A DNA stretch of 64,000 nucleotides from the human T2T-CHM13v2.0 reference genome, Homo sapiens. The position numbers and the translations under genes were made by a program. Shown here piece by piece: positions 32,794 to 45,247 of this stretch; within the stretch, counting starts at the first letter, position 1; each line of letters starts with the position of its first letter. Where the stretch lies: NCBI RefSeq assembly GCF_009914755.1, contig NC_060933.1. One strand, 5' to 3'. The notes below the pieces were generated by a model, which did no database searches, had not been told where the DNA came from, and saw only the letters and a list, made by a program, of their open reading frames with translations.

Positions 32794-33005
32794 ATTTTTT
32801 TTTAATATACTTTAAGTTCTAGGGTACATGTGCACCACGTGCAGGTTTGTTACATAGGTATACATGTGCTATGTTGGTTTGCTGCACCCATCAACTTGTC
32901 ATTTACATTAGGTATTTCTCCTAATGCTATCCCTTCCCCAGCCCCTCACCCACCAACAGGCCCCTGGTGTGTGATGTTCCCCTGCCTGTGTCCATGTGTT
33001 CTCAT
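32794..33005 (-). mobile_element. L1PA 3' end, antisense
   Basis: tatactttaagttctagggtacatgtgcac… with TSD accacaaactaattttt. Confidence 0.92.
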
Positions 33006-33027
33006 ACCACAAACTAATTTTTAAAAA

Positions 33028-33981
33028 TTATTATGGAATAGTTTTTAAGTTTTTTCCTGGCTTTTATACCCTTGATCTCTTGATTATAGGCTGTTTATTG
33101 TGTAGAATGTTCCTCAGTGGCTCCAAGGGCAGCCCAACGCAGAGTGTCAGAGTCTAAGTGAGGTGAAGAGGATGTCCCCATGGGAAGGTAGCCCAGAGTT
33201 TGTGTCAAAGCCTGAAAGGTGAGGGGTCAACCAGGAGAGAAAGAAAGAGGTAATCCAGGAGAGAAGGAGAGAGGTTTTCAATAGAAATAGAAATAAAAAC
33301 AGTTATCAATGTGTGTGTTGCACAGTGAGAAGCCTGGGAATAGTGATATCCCAATAACAATGAGCACACCTAACACTTACATCTTCGTCTCTTAATACCA
33401 TTCTCTACAGAAAGGTGCCAGGCTCCTTGGAGATATGCCTGTTCCTCAGATTAGGGAAATACATGATGCCTTGGTTACCTTGAGCAGACAGTTAAGACAG
33501 CACTTAAAAGAATTATGCAGACATGTAAAAAGGACAAGGAAACTAGTTTGAAAGGTACTCACTGGTCTAATTATTTCTAAGTTTGAAAATGAAAAAGGAA
33601 TCCGTAAGTTCATTTTAATACAAATAAAAGTTTGACCAAAAAATTGATATTTACAAAGACTCAAACACTTCCCTAGAAAATACTTACCATAAAGTGCAAA
33701 ATAATAACTGTACAGTAAATAAGTCTGGAAGACATCACTTTAATCAAGTGATCAAAATAACATCACCAATAATGGAGCAAATCAACAGTGTGTGCCACCT
33801 GACAAAATGCAATGAGAATATCACTTCTGTCATGTTCCTGCCAAAAGTTTGAAATCTGAATTTAATCAACAGGAAACATGTAACAAACCCACTGAGGAAC
33901 ATTCTACACAATGAACAGCCTATAATCAAGAGATCAAGGGTATAAAAGCCAAGAAAAAAGTTAGAAACTATTCCATAATAA
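33028..33981. repeat. 93-bp inverted repeat pair (33028-33120 and 33889-33981), 89/93 identical
   Basis: Direct comparison of one arm with the reverse complement of the other. Confidence 0.95.
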
Positions 33982-34295
33982 AGTAGACTTAGAAAAGACC
34001 TAATTATAAATACAGTGCAAGATGATGAGCTGGATCCTTCACTATCAAGGATATTGTTGTGACAATATGGGAAAATTTCAATGGGATCTGATAATTAGAT
34101 GATAGTAAGATAATAGGGTGAATTTACTGATTTCAGTGGTTGCTTTGTGACTATGTTGAAGAATGTGCTTGTTTGTGAGAAAAACAGAGTATTTGAAGAT
34201 GTTAGCGCATCAGTGTAAACAATTCACTCTTAATTGACTTAGGGAGATAAAAGCTTCTTCACACTTTTTTACTGTACTTGCAACTTTTCTATAAG
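33130..34295 (+). mobile_element. Old L1M (MC/MD-type) 3'UTR
   Basis: taatcaagtgatcaaaataacatcacc…ctgtacttgcaacttttctataagtttga. Confidence 0.7.
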
Positions 34296-35918
34296 TTTGA
34301 GGGAGGCAGAGTAGAGGAGGAGGAGAGGAAGGAGCAGGGATAGAAGGAGAAGCAGTCATCTTACATAAAATAATTTTAAGTGGAAGAGAGGGTTCATGTG
34401 TCACTACTAACCATAAGAATAGACATCCCCAAGATCTGGCTAAAAGTGACTGTTACAAAGTACATGACTACCCCAGACACATATGTGCCTGATTTTAGAG
34501 AAGACAGGAAAAGATGTCTCAAACAAATCACAAACTCTAAGAGGCACGTTGCCAAAAGTCAAATAGGTCTTCTGAAAAAGGAGAAGTCTAGACCACAGTC
34601 AACAGCGCAGGCAGCATCGTACCACCAAGTTTAGCTGTGTTTTCAAAAAAGCTAAAGAAATATCATAGTATTAGAAAGACACATTTATGTTAAACACAAA
34701 ACAAAGACAAAGGCAGATGCTCCAGCAATGTGGCCCTAAGTACTTCTGTTTCCAGGATACATGTCACATGAGAAATGTGACGAGGTACCATGTTCTTTGA
34801 AGATGGTACATTATGAAATTTCTTCTGCCTACCAGTGAGACTAATCTCTTCCAGATGTTGTTTGGCCCACAATGTGCTATTCAAATATATGAAAGTTTTG
34901 TTTATTTTCAAAGTTTGAGAGCCAAATAAGAAACCCAGTTTCCTTCACCAGCCTCTAATTAAACTGGAGATAAAAGCTTAAAAAAAATCAGTATATAACC
35001 TAAGTCTAGACTTATACATCCTGCCTGAAGTTTTGAGGTGGGGAGGGGGAAGAAAATAAGACCTGTGGAATACAATCCTAATATCTACTTCAGCATGGGA
35101 AAAATAATGAGACGCTTAATTTCATTTCCTTTCCTGCTCCCAGCATATTACCATTCTTCCTCATTGAAAACCCTCTTGGCAATACCTCTCTAAAACAGTA
35201 AATATAGAGGGGAATCTAAAGAAAACTAGTATTGTACTAGAGGATGAATTATTCCCAGCTGGGTCGAGGATATGTAAATACTCTGGCTTCCTGAGAAGTC
35301 ACATACGTGATTTTACCAACTTGAGGGAGCACCAAGAAAGAGCTGGCCTCATTCTTTGATATACAATTCTATGAATAGCATCTCAAATGTTACCACTCTG
35401 TTGAAGAAATCAGGAAGTGAAGCAAAGGGAATTAAGTGACTTTTCTCTGTTCACAATGATTTAGTAACTATGAAAATCACCAAAAAAGGGGGGTCCCCTC
35501 TCTAACTTATGTGAGTGGTTAACTCCTGTTTTCCTGTTATGAAAGGGTTTAAAATATAATAGCGGACACTTTTAAAAATAATGGCTGAAGTCTTTTATCA
35601 GGAAAGCAGTAGAAAATGGAAGGGAAAAGGAGCCTCTTTTTTAATAAACTATGAGGAGATAGTAAAACCACAAAGTAGCCACAAAGCCCCTATGTCTGAG
35701 ACATGACCTAAAAACCAACCGGAGACCTAAAAACAGCTGTGAGGCCCCACTTGAAAGACTTCTATCTGCTAATGGGCCTGAAAGATGCTGTCCTACATGT
35801 CCAGAAAAACACAGTGGGATAGTCCAAATATGTAGAGAATGGAGAATATCACACAGAAAACTTCTAACTAGTGTGAAAAGGGATTTGATGACCACTCCAA
35901 AAAAGAGATAAGGCATTA

Positions 35919-36090
<172 letters not shown>

Positions 36091-37622
36091 TTTAAAGGAA
36101 AGGAATTCTGATACAAAAGGAGTCCGCTTACAAAAAAATAAGTTTTACTAAACTGATATTCCCTAAAAAATCTGGGAGAAGAAGAAACAACCAGACTCAG
36201 TGGCTGTGGGTGCGACCTGACCAAGAATTTCCTGGGGCTTGAGAAGGAAGCGTGTGCCAAAGGGCTGAGGTTACAGCGACTGTTGTTTTAAGCCAAGTCA
36301 TAGCGATAAAATGAGCAGGTGGCAAGTCTCTAAATCTTTTGTATTCCCAGATTTCCCCATTTTACAGTAATACAGTGCTGGGGGCAAGGGATAAAATGTG
36401 ATGTGTTCAGCCAATTGCAGAGAAGCGGCTCCAAGGGTATAATTTTAGATTTCTAAAAGGCCACCTCTCCAAAGAACTACCCCAGTTTCTTTTGGTGGTA
36501 GCGATGGAGGTAACTGAAGTGACATACAAGGACCCTTCCCCTTCTGGGGTCTGATGGTCTCGTTACAGAGACTGATCTCTGATCTAAGTTACATGAACTC
36601 CTCCTCTCAGCTGGAATTCATAGCACCACACTGATTTCTTTTGGCCCCAAGCCCAAATTGCAGCTGTTTGTACTTATTCGTGGTATGGTGTATTTTGAAA
36701 CAAAATGAACCAGATTTTTCCTACTGCCTATGTCAGTGCCTGGTATTGGGAAACATTAACTCTTTCACAGTGAGGCTACCAACAATTGTATTGTGTCTAT
36801 GAAAGGAAGGATGATATAAAGAAGACACTGACCCCAAGCTGGGAAAGAGTCAATCAAGAAGCCCATTTCAAAGCAAAGGGCAGATATTCCATCATTTACT
36901 TAGTTTTGGGGCCCCATCTACTTCCAAATAAGTTTCAGATAGGTTACAGAAGATTATAAAGAACAAGAGTCATGGATTAAAGTAAGCAAGGGAAATAGGT
37001 ATTTCAAAACTGAGTGCAAAATTTTACTCTGAGCTCTCTGGTAACCAAAGCAAAAGGGAAAATGAAGAGTTGCGTATTAACTATTGAGAGAGAGAGATGT
37101 TATTTTCTTCTACTAATTCCTAGTAAGAGTTATCAAATGGTATAAAATATACAAAAATATTAATATGGCTATTTCTTCTCCTATCAACTCTCAATGAAAG
37201 CTGAAGATAAAAATAAATGGTTCTTGGATGGTATAGCACCCATGAAACTTAAACACAAAACAAAACCAGACTTTTAACAGAGTTTTTTATTTAGTAGAAA
37301 CTAGACATCTGTATTTTTTAAGTCTCCTTAATTCTGAAGCGTATGTCTGATTACATGCCATTATCTTAAATCAGAGTTCTTCACAGATACTTGGACTAGA
37401 ACAAACGTATTATATTCTACATTTATTGCTAGTAAGTGATCTAATATGATATAAGGTGAGCAGAGCAAGCTTTACTGCAGAATATAGTAACACTGAGTCC
37501 TGTGTCTTCTCCAAAGCTGGTGCATAAGATGCTGTGCGAGAGAGAACCAAGAATCTGTATTTTAACAAGCACCCAAAGTGGGTCTAGGTTGAAAGCTAGG
37601 TGTGTTAACTACTGCATTACAC

Positions 37623-37812
37623 CAGTGGTTCTCAAATTGTAATATGTGGCACACAGAATTCACTGGAGGGCTTGTTCAAACACAGATGTATGAGCCCCAC
37701 CCCACTGCATGTCTGATTCAGTAGGTCTGGGGTGGATCCAAGAATTTGCATTTATTAACAAATCTCCAAGTGATGCTGGTGCTGCTCATGGGGCCACACT
37801 TTAAGAACCACT
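37623..37812. mobile_element. MER5A (hAT-Charlie), preceded by a MER5-like fragment
   Basis: cagtggttctcaaa…gaatttgcatt…cactttaagaaccact. Confidence 0.85.
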
Positions 37813-39058
37813 CACTAAACTGTCCATTTAAAAAATCAGTGGCCTCACATGGCCTTTAATAGAACTGGAAATAATAATTTAAAATAATACATAATTCAAG
37901 ACTAAAGTCTCTGATAAGTGTCTGAAGTGTTCAGTATTGTTGATTAGAAAAAGTTTTAAGTGCTTTTAATACCTGGCAGAAAAGGCAAATTTGGAATTTT
38001 ATTAAATAAATAAATAAATTGGACTTTCATCCAAACTGAAGGTCATTCCACCTGGTCAATTATAAGGACTGCCAGAAATATTGTTTCAGGAGAGAACTTT
38101 TGAATTATTCAATAAAGACTGTAACTGAAACACCGTGGACCAGTGCAAAAAAGAACTGAGGGCAGGTGTTACCATTTATAAATCCTGGACATTAAAAATA
38201 CACACACATGTTTAATGAAACTCCTAAGAGCATGTTAAGTTTGAGAACTTCATCCCGGCAAGCGTCTACAACAATAAGGGAGCTGCAATTGTACCTTCAC
38301 ATTATATGACTTGATCTGTAGCATAAAGCTATTAGTGTAATCCATCTGAATCTGAATTTTGGAGGGTGTCGCCCAAGGCAACAGATTTAGTTTTGACAAA
38401 GTCAATAGCAAGTTCTTCTTAAAGAAAAGAACTGGACAATAGGTCTGAGGATTCTTAAATTCATTTTCTGTTCATGAGCATAAGATCACACCATAGCTCT
38501 ACCGGAAAGGCAATATCTAATGCATAGATAGATTTCTTAAGTTATCAAATCATAGATTCAAAAGAAGGCATAAGGATGTGGACACAGGTGGGTTTTATAT
38601 CATTTGGAAATGGAACTTGATCTGTCAAAAGATAACTCCTATATACTATGTTATTCTCTGGATGGCTGTATCAATCCTCTTAGGAAACATTAAAGTTTAA
38701 AATCTTCGTGATCAGTCAGCTCAACCCAGAGACATTTTATTAAGATCAAAAGCTGTAGTGAAATTAATATATCCCGCACATGGTCATAAAGTGACTTCTG
38801 AATAAAGATGATGTCAGCCCCAACTCCCCAATATGTCCACACCCAATTTCCAGTCAAAATACAAATGAAGACAAAAACTCAAAATAGCTCTGAAACCAAG
38901 AATAACAACCAGCCATTTATAAGAACCTGGGAGTAATATCTATTAAGTACAGTGCAGATGGAACTGAATTAAAAGCAACTGGTGTCCAACGAATGCTTTA
39001 ATTGCTAAAAAAGAACAGCTAGAAATAAATTAGAAGGTTCAGACCTCCCCCACCCTAC

Positions 39059-39106
39059 CTCATTTTCCAGAACACTGGAATGAGCAGGAATGAGTAGCAG
39101 CAGCAT
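39059..39106 (-). CDS. LPAR1: Alternative LPAR1 N-terminal coding exon, MLLLLIPAHSSVLENE (16 codons, phase-0 donor)
   Basis: Reverse complement ggggATGCTGCTGCTACTCATTCCTGCTCATTCCAGTGTTCTGGAAAATGAG|gtaggg has the same phase as the canonical exon. It matches my recollection of the LPA1 isoform-2 N-terminus (UniProt Q92633-2; verify). Possible acceptor ggttgttttag| at 39132-39131. Confidence 0.7.
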
Positions 39107-39156
39107 CCCCACACCATGCAGCCCTGCTTTCTAAAACAACCAGACAGCTATCCACT

Positions 39157-39797
39157 TGTCTTAGTCAGTTCAGGCTGCTATGAAAGCTACCACAGACTGG
39201 GTGGCTTAAACAACAAACATTTCTTTCTTACAGATCTGAAGGCTGGAAGTCGAAGACCAGGGTGACAACAAAGTTGGGCTCTGATGAGGCCTCTTCGGGG
39301 TTGTGGTCTGCGATCTTCTCAATTTAGCCTCATAAGTGGAAACAGGGCTAGAGAGCTCTTCTGGGGTCACATTTATGAAACTCCTAAGAGCATGTTAGGA
39401 CAGGGTCTTGCTGTCACCCAGGCTGGAGTGGCGCGATCTACCTCACTATAGACTTAAACTCCTAGGCTCAAGTGATTCTGCCACCTAAGCCTCCCAAGAA
39501 GCTGAAACTACACGCACACGCCACCACACCAGGCTAATTTTTTAAAATATTTATTAATAGTAGACACAGGGTCTTGCTGTGTTGCCCAGGTTGGTCTCAA
39601 ACTCCTGAGCTCAAGCAAATCTTCTGCCTCAGCCTCCCAGAGTGCTGGGATTACAGGTGTGAGTCAACACACCGACTGTAGGGTCTCTTTTATAAGGCCC
39701 CTAATCTCATTCATGAGGGCGGAGCCCTTATGACCTAATCACCTCCTAATACCATCGCCTTGGGGACTGAGATTTCAACATATGAATTTCAGGGAGA
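39157..39797 (-). mobile_element. MLT1A-like MaLR solo LTR (sense to LPAR1), split by AluJ
   Basis: tgtcttagtcagttcaggctgcta…gactgggtggcttaaacaac… and …ttcagtccataaca (reverse of tgttatggactgaa). Confidence 0.85.
39398..39677 (-). mobile_element. AluJ lacking its poly-A tail
   Basis: Antisense Alu begins gacagggtcttgctgtcacccagg with no T-run. Confidence 0.9.
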
Positions 39798-40354
39798 CAC
39801 ATTCTTCAGTCCATAACACTGCTATTCTCCCTTTCTCTTACCCCTTTCAGAAGCTCTGTACAAAGAAGTTTTTTCATAAATCAGCAAGCACAATAAACAA
39901 TCTACTGGTTGGTTCATGGCCTCCTGAATATGGGAGAACAGTAGTCCAGTTCTAAAAAGAGCTGGGTACAAGAATTCTAACATGAAAAATTTCCTTGTCA
40001 CTAGCCAAATCTCTTAGTATTGACTTGTGACTAGGGAAACAACAGGCTCCACTTTGATCGGGTGACTTCTTAGGGGCATGGGGCCAGGGTTTTCTCCTGT
40101 TTCAGCAGTCAGGGTCCAGAGCCTCCAGAGGTAGTCACCAGGATCACCCTTGTCAATGGTGCCAGCTGCTCACTTGCACAAAGGCATCAGGCTAAAAGGA
40201 GAGCCATGGCTGCAATCCAGCAAGGACTGCTCTACTCCCCCAGCCACGTGCCTCAGTGTGAGCTGTGCTAGCCCAAAAGAATAAGCCTTCTGAAACCAGG
40301 CAGGAACCTGTGCAGCTAGTAAATGGGGCATGGTTAGAACTCCAAAGTCTAGGC

Positions 40355-40445
40355 CCACACTGTCCAATATGATAGTTGCTCTCCTACGTGCACAGTGCAG
40401 AAATACATTTTCCATTATCACAAAAATCTGTTGGACAATGCTGGA
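40355..40445. mobile_element. MER3-like hAT fragment
   Basis: Inverted ends cactgtccaata and ttggacaatgctg. Confidence 0.55.
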
Positions 40446-42522
40446 ATACTGTCCACAAAAATTACGAAGTGGAAGGAAGCTTTGCCACTTTTCCATTAAA
40501 ATGGAAATACTCTTATTCTCTCCTACAAAATACAGTCTCCAGAGAGGTCGGTCATTTTGGAGTCAGAATTAAATCTAACTAAATGCCTCTAAAACAATGA
40601 AAACCTTAAGACAGCTGGTACACTAAGCTCATAATAACCCCTTTTGTTCACTGCATGTTTCCTATGTTTTAATATGCTAAAATCAAACACATGGAAATGC
40701 TGAGCTGTTTTAAATAATACTCCTCAAAAAGGAATAGGGTTCTCTTTAGAAGCATTTTCTTCAATATCAGGAATAACAAGAATCTCACTATTACTCCTAC
40801 TATTCAACACAGTTCTAGACAGCCTAGTTAATTCAATGAAACAAGACAACAATAAATAACATGTAAGGAGTGAAAGAGTCAAAACTGCCCTTATTTGCAA
40901 TCAAAATGATTATTTAAATTCAAAGTCCAAGGAAGTCTATAGATAAACCTGCTCCTAAATTTCCAGTGAAATGCTAAGGACCAAAATAGCCAAGACAAAT
41001 TAAGAGAATAGAAGTAGAGGACTTGACCTACCAATGAGTAAGACATATTAAAAGCCATGTAATGAAGGTAATGTGACAATTGTTCCAGGCTAGACATTCA
41101 GAGGTACACAAAGTTTCAAAACAGTCTTACATAAATGATACACATGACATTACAGTGGGGACATAAAGGGACTGGAAAAAAAAATGGTTCTAAGGCAAAA
41201 GGAAAAATATACCTAATCAGACACCCCAACTTCATATCATACATAGAACTAACATCCAGATGGACTAAAGGCCTGAACATAATTTGACTGGCCTAGGGGA
41301 ACTCCAGCATCATGCTGGTCTCTTATTTCCTTTTAGCTTCATTTCTGAACCCTTCTACTGTTATTCTGTGCTAACAATCTAATGTAGGGAAAGCTGCCTC
41401 TATTTCCTGAAATAATACAGAAACAAGAAGTTAAAAAGACCGTGCTTGAAGATCTCTTTTATACCTAAAACTAACCACTGGCTTCCTTCCCCTCCAAAGA
41501 AAGTCATGTAATGTTCCTGATTCAGCAGACAGATTAAAAGCTCAATTAGAATTCTATTTTTAAAAATAATACATACAGCTTCTGAAAGAACATATAAGAT
41601 GCCAACTAATCAATACCCTGGATAAAAACTTCCAAAATGACTAATAAATACCCTGGATAGGAACTTCCATATAAAAATTCATATAAATGTAGCCAACAAA
41701 TGCAGAACAAGATTTAGCTTTTAACATATGCTAACCTTCTTTGGAAATTAAATATTTTACCTGGAAATAACAGTGGTTTTTTAAAGTTCTATCTTCAGAC
41801 TTTCTCCTTGGTTTATAGCTCTTTTTACTTTATATAACACTTACATGTTTCAGCTGATTAATAACAACTACGCAGGAACATTCAATTCCAGAGGCAATTT
41901 TAATGTAGTCATTGATAAAATACAAGCTATCATAATAAAACTGTTTAATTTACTTAAAAAAGGAATGCAGTTCTAATCACATATTCATCTGTTATACTTT
42001 TCTTGTAAATTTCCCTTCGGAAACCAATTTTAAACTTCTAAACCACCTCAATCTGCACACTTAACAGTAAATCACGGTAATATGTGTATGTATTCTAGCT
42101 CTCTTGAGGCAAAACAAGCATTTAATTTTAACAGACACTACTCATGGGGTGCCAAAGTTAATCACACAAAACCAGAAGTATGGCTCAATGTGGGAACATA
42201 TTTCTGAATGAACTTATCATTAAAGATAGAAAAAGTGTCCCAGAATGTAAACTAATAATGGGAGGTAATGAGGATGAACACAGTGCAATATTCATTGCTG
42301 TTTGAGAGCTGAATAGGTAGGTATTCTCTTATTCCTAATCGAAATTAAGATAAACCAAGGGACCTAAAACTCCAGAGATAGGATTTTTCCTGCTAAGGCT
42401 AATGGAACAAAGCAATTAACAACTTTCAGTAAAAGAGGAATGCAAGAACTATGCTCTAGAAAGATGTGTCCATCAAAAGTCGAAAGCGCTGTAGGTGTAA
42501 CTTCTCTTTAAAATATGAAGGG

Positions 42523-42662
42523 AGCCAGGCATGGTGGCTCACACTTGTAATCCCGGCAGTCTGTGGGCCTGAGGCAGGAGAATTGCTTGAGGCCAGGAGT
42601 TTGAGACCAGCCTGGTCCACATGGTGAGACCCCATCTCTACAAAAAAAATAAATAAATAAAA
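42523..42662 (+). mobile_element. FLAM / Alu left monomer
   Basis: Single arm with TSD taaaatatgaag. Confidence 0.85.
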
Positions 42663-44544
42663 TATGAAGTGTTGGTTACAAGAAACCTAATTTGTATACC
42701 CAGATGAGAAATTCTGGGAATCCAGGCAGATCATCAGGAGCCCATTTGAAATGGAAATCCCCTGATCCTGTGGAATCAACTGTAAATTAAACAGTTTTAT
42801 TATGATAGTTTGTATTTTATCAACGACTACATTAAAATTGCCTCAGAATTGAATGTTCCTGCATAGCTGTTATTAATCAGCTGAAATGTGTAAGTTTTAT
42901 ATAAAGTATTTAAACCACAGAGATTCAGTCACAAACAGAGAAGGCAGGATTATGGCTGTCCCTATCCCTGGAGTTTAGTAGGCAAGCCAGAACACTCCAC
43001 GGTAAGACAGAGTCAACACATGCACCCTCGCATCTCAAGTAAAAGCCCGCAAGAGTGAGACCAGCAGGGTGGCACACAAATCTACTTAGAACCCATTCTC
43101 TAGGGACAATGAATGTAATTTGCTTAATAGAGTGAACCACAAATCAAAAGAGAAAGGGCTATGTTGGGTGCTAAAAGTGTTACAAACACATAGGCATCCC
43201 TGAGGATGCCCTAAAGAGTTTTCTTATTTGGAAGGAAAATCTCCTTCTCTTTGGGGAGGGTAAGATAAGTACAGTGAACTATTATTTGGGGATCAGGGAC
43301 TAAAAAGTGGTGGCTGCAATCACAGAAAGGGCAGTCACCCATGAGCCAATGCAGTGTGGCCAGGTCAGAAGCTTCCTCCTCCACCATCCCAAGGAGCCGG
43401 ACCATGAAAACCAAACCATTCTTTGTGGGAGTTAAGGGGAGATGGTGCAGCCACATATCCTAGGAATTATTCCCCCAAACCTCCAGCTGTATCTCAGATT
43501 TATATGGCTCACAGAAACAAAAATATAATGGTAAAAATAATTGGGCTCAGAATTCATAACTCAGAAATAACTGAATTTATTTGCATATGTCTTGGACCAC
43601 TATTCCAACTAACATGTAATATTCATACTCTTAGTAGTGTCAAAGTCACATTAACTATTTCAATGAAGTTCATCCCAACAACTCAGACTTAAGAAAAACT
43701 AATCATTCCATGAGGGCATAATCAAGGCTCCATCCTTCACCCAGTACACAGCTGCCATAGTTCTTTGTGCTCATAAACATTTGTGAAATGCATGTCTTGA
43801 TCCTCCAGTGATAGTCACCGTCACCAATTTTGGCTAACAATGACTTTGCAAGATATCTCTCCCATTCATCCTAGTCTTCAATTGGCCACATCTTGTTTTG
43901 CACTGCAGTTTACTTCATTCAATTATTCTCTCTTCTGTGGCTTCAGTTTTGTTCTCTCCTCATTTCCCAGTCCTCAGAATATAAACATGCTAGGTTTCCT
44001 ATTCAAGAAAGAAAAAGTACTCCCTTGACCCCAACTTCTTCCTTCTCTCTCGTTCCCCTACCCCATCCTCCCTTTTCAAGGCCCAGGATACTGAAGAAAC
44101 TGTGCTTATTGCTTTTACATTTTTATATGATGAACCATGGCTTCCTCCACCCCAACTCAAAACCTTAAGATCACTGACCTCTAAAAAGGTTCTTTCTCTG
44201 TCCTCATCTTACTTGACCCTCTGTTGGCATTTTGCATCATTAATCACTCGTTTTAATTTTGCCCTACTCACAACACCATGCTCCCTTGATTCTTATCCAA
44301 CTTTGTGATAGCCTTTTCTCAAGCTTCTTTGCAGGATCCTCTTCCTCTGATGACTAGGAAATGTTGGCTTACCCCCAAGCTCTGTACTTGGCCCTTTCCT
44401 ATTCTACTTCTGCTTACTCTCCTTAGGCCATCTTATCCATACCAATCAATTCCACAGACACTTATAGTCTGGTGATACTTAATTATGCATCCCATTCCAG
44501 AATGTAGTCCAACATTCCAACTTAATAGATTCAAATCCATTCTT

Positions 44545-44841
44545 GGTTGAGCACGGTGGCTCATGCCTGTAATCTCAGCATTTTGGGAGGCTAAAGTGGG
44601 AGGATCACTTGAGCCCATGAATTTGAGACAAGCCTGGGCAACAAAGTGAGACCCCATCTCTACAAAAAACAAACAAACATAGCTGGGTGTGATGGCGTGT
44701 GCCTGTGGTTCCAGGTACTCAAAAGGCTAAAGCGCAAGCATTGGTTGAGCCCAAGAGGTCGAAGCTGCAGTTAGCCATGATTACAACACTGTACTCTAGC
44801 CTGGGTGACAAAGTCTCAAAAAAAAAAAAAAAAAAAAAAAA
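44545..44841 (+). mobile_element. AluJ
   Basis: Diverged dimer (ggaggatcacttgagccc) with poly-A. Confidence 0.92.
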
Positions 44842-44957
44842 GTTCTCTAGCTCTAATCTCATTTCATTTCTCTCTGTCTCTCTCCAATTTAACCTCCTGC
44901 AATGATCTAACAAAATTGTGGAAATCCTTTCAATTGTTAAGAATTGGGAGGGAGGTG

Positions 44958-45211
44958 GGCCAGGCGTGACGGCTCATGCCTGTAATCCCAGCACTGTAGG
45001 AGGCCCAGGTAGGTGGATCACTTGAGCTCAGGAGACCAGCCTGGGCAACATGGTGAAAAAAATTAGCTGGGTGTGGTGGTGTGTGACTGTGTAGTCCCAG
45101 CTACTCGGGAGGCTGAGGTGAGAGAATTACCTGAGCCCAGGAGGTGGAGGTTGCAGTATACTGTGATGGCACCACTGTACTCCAGCCTGAGCAACGAGTG
45201 AGACCCTGTCT

Positions 45212-45245
<34 letters not shown>
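44958..45245 (+). mobile_element. AluJ/S with an internal deletion
   Basis: Dimer with long poly-A and TSD aagaattggga. Confidence 0.92.

Positions 45246-45247
<2 letters not shown>

Noticed and set aside
43193-43210. Short hairpins such as ggcatcc-ctga-ggatgcc (and gcctgatt-a-aatcaggc near 11134)
   Set aside because: Stems of 7-8 bp are expected by chance and are too short for miRNA or snoRNA precursors. No tRNA, snRNA or rRNA was recognised in the window.
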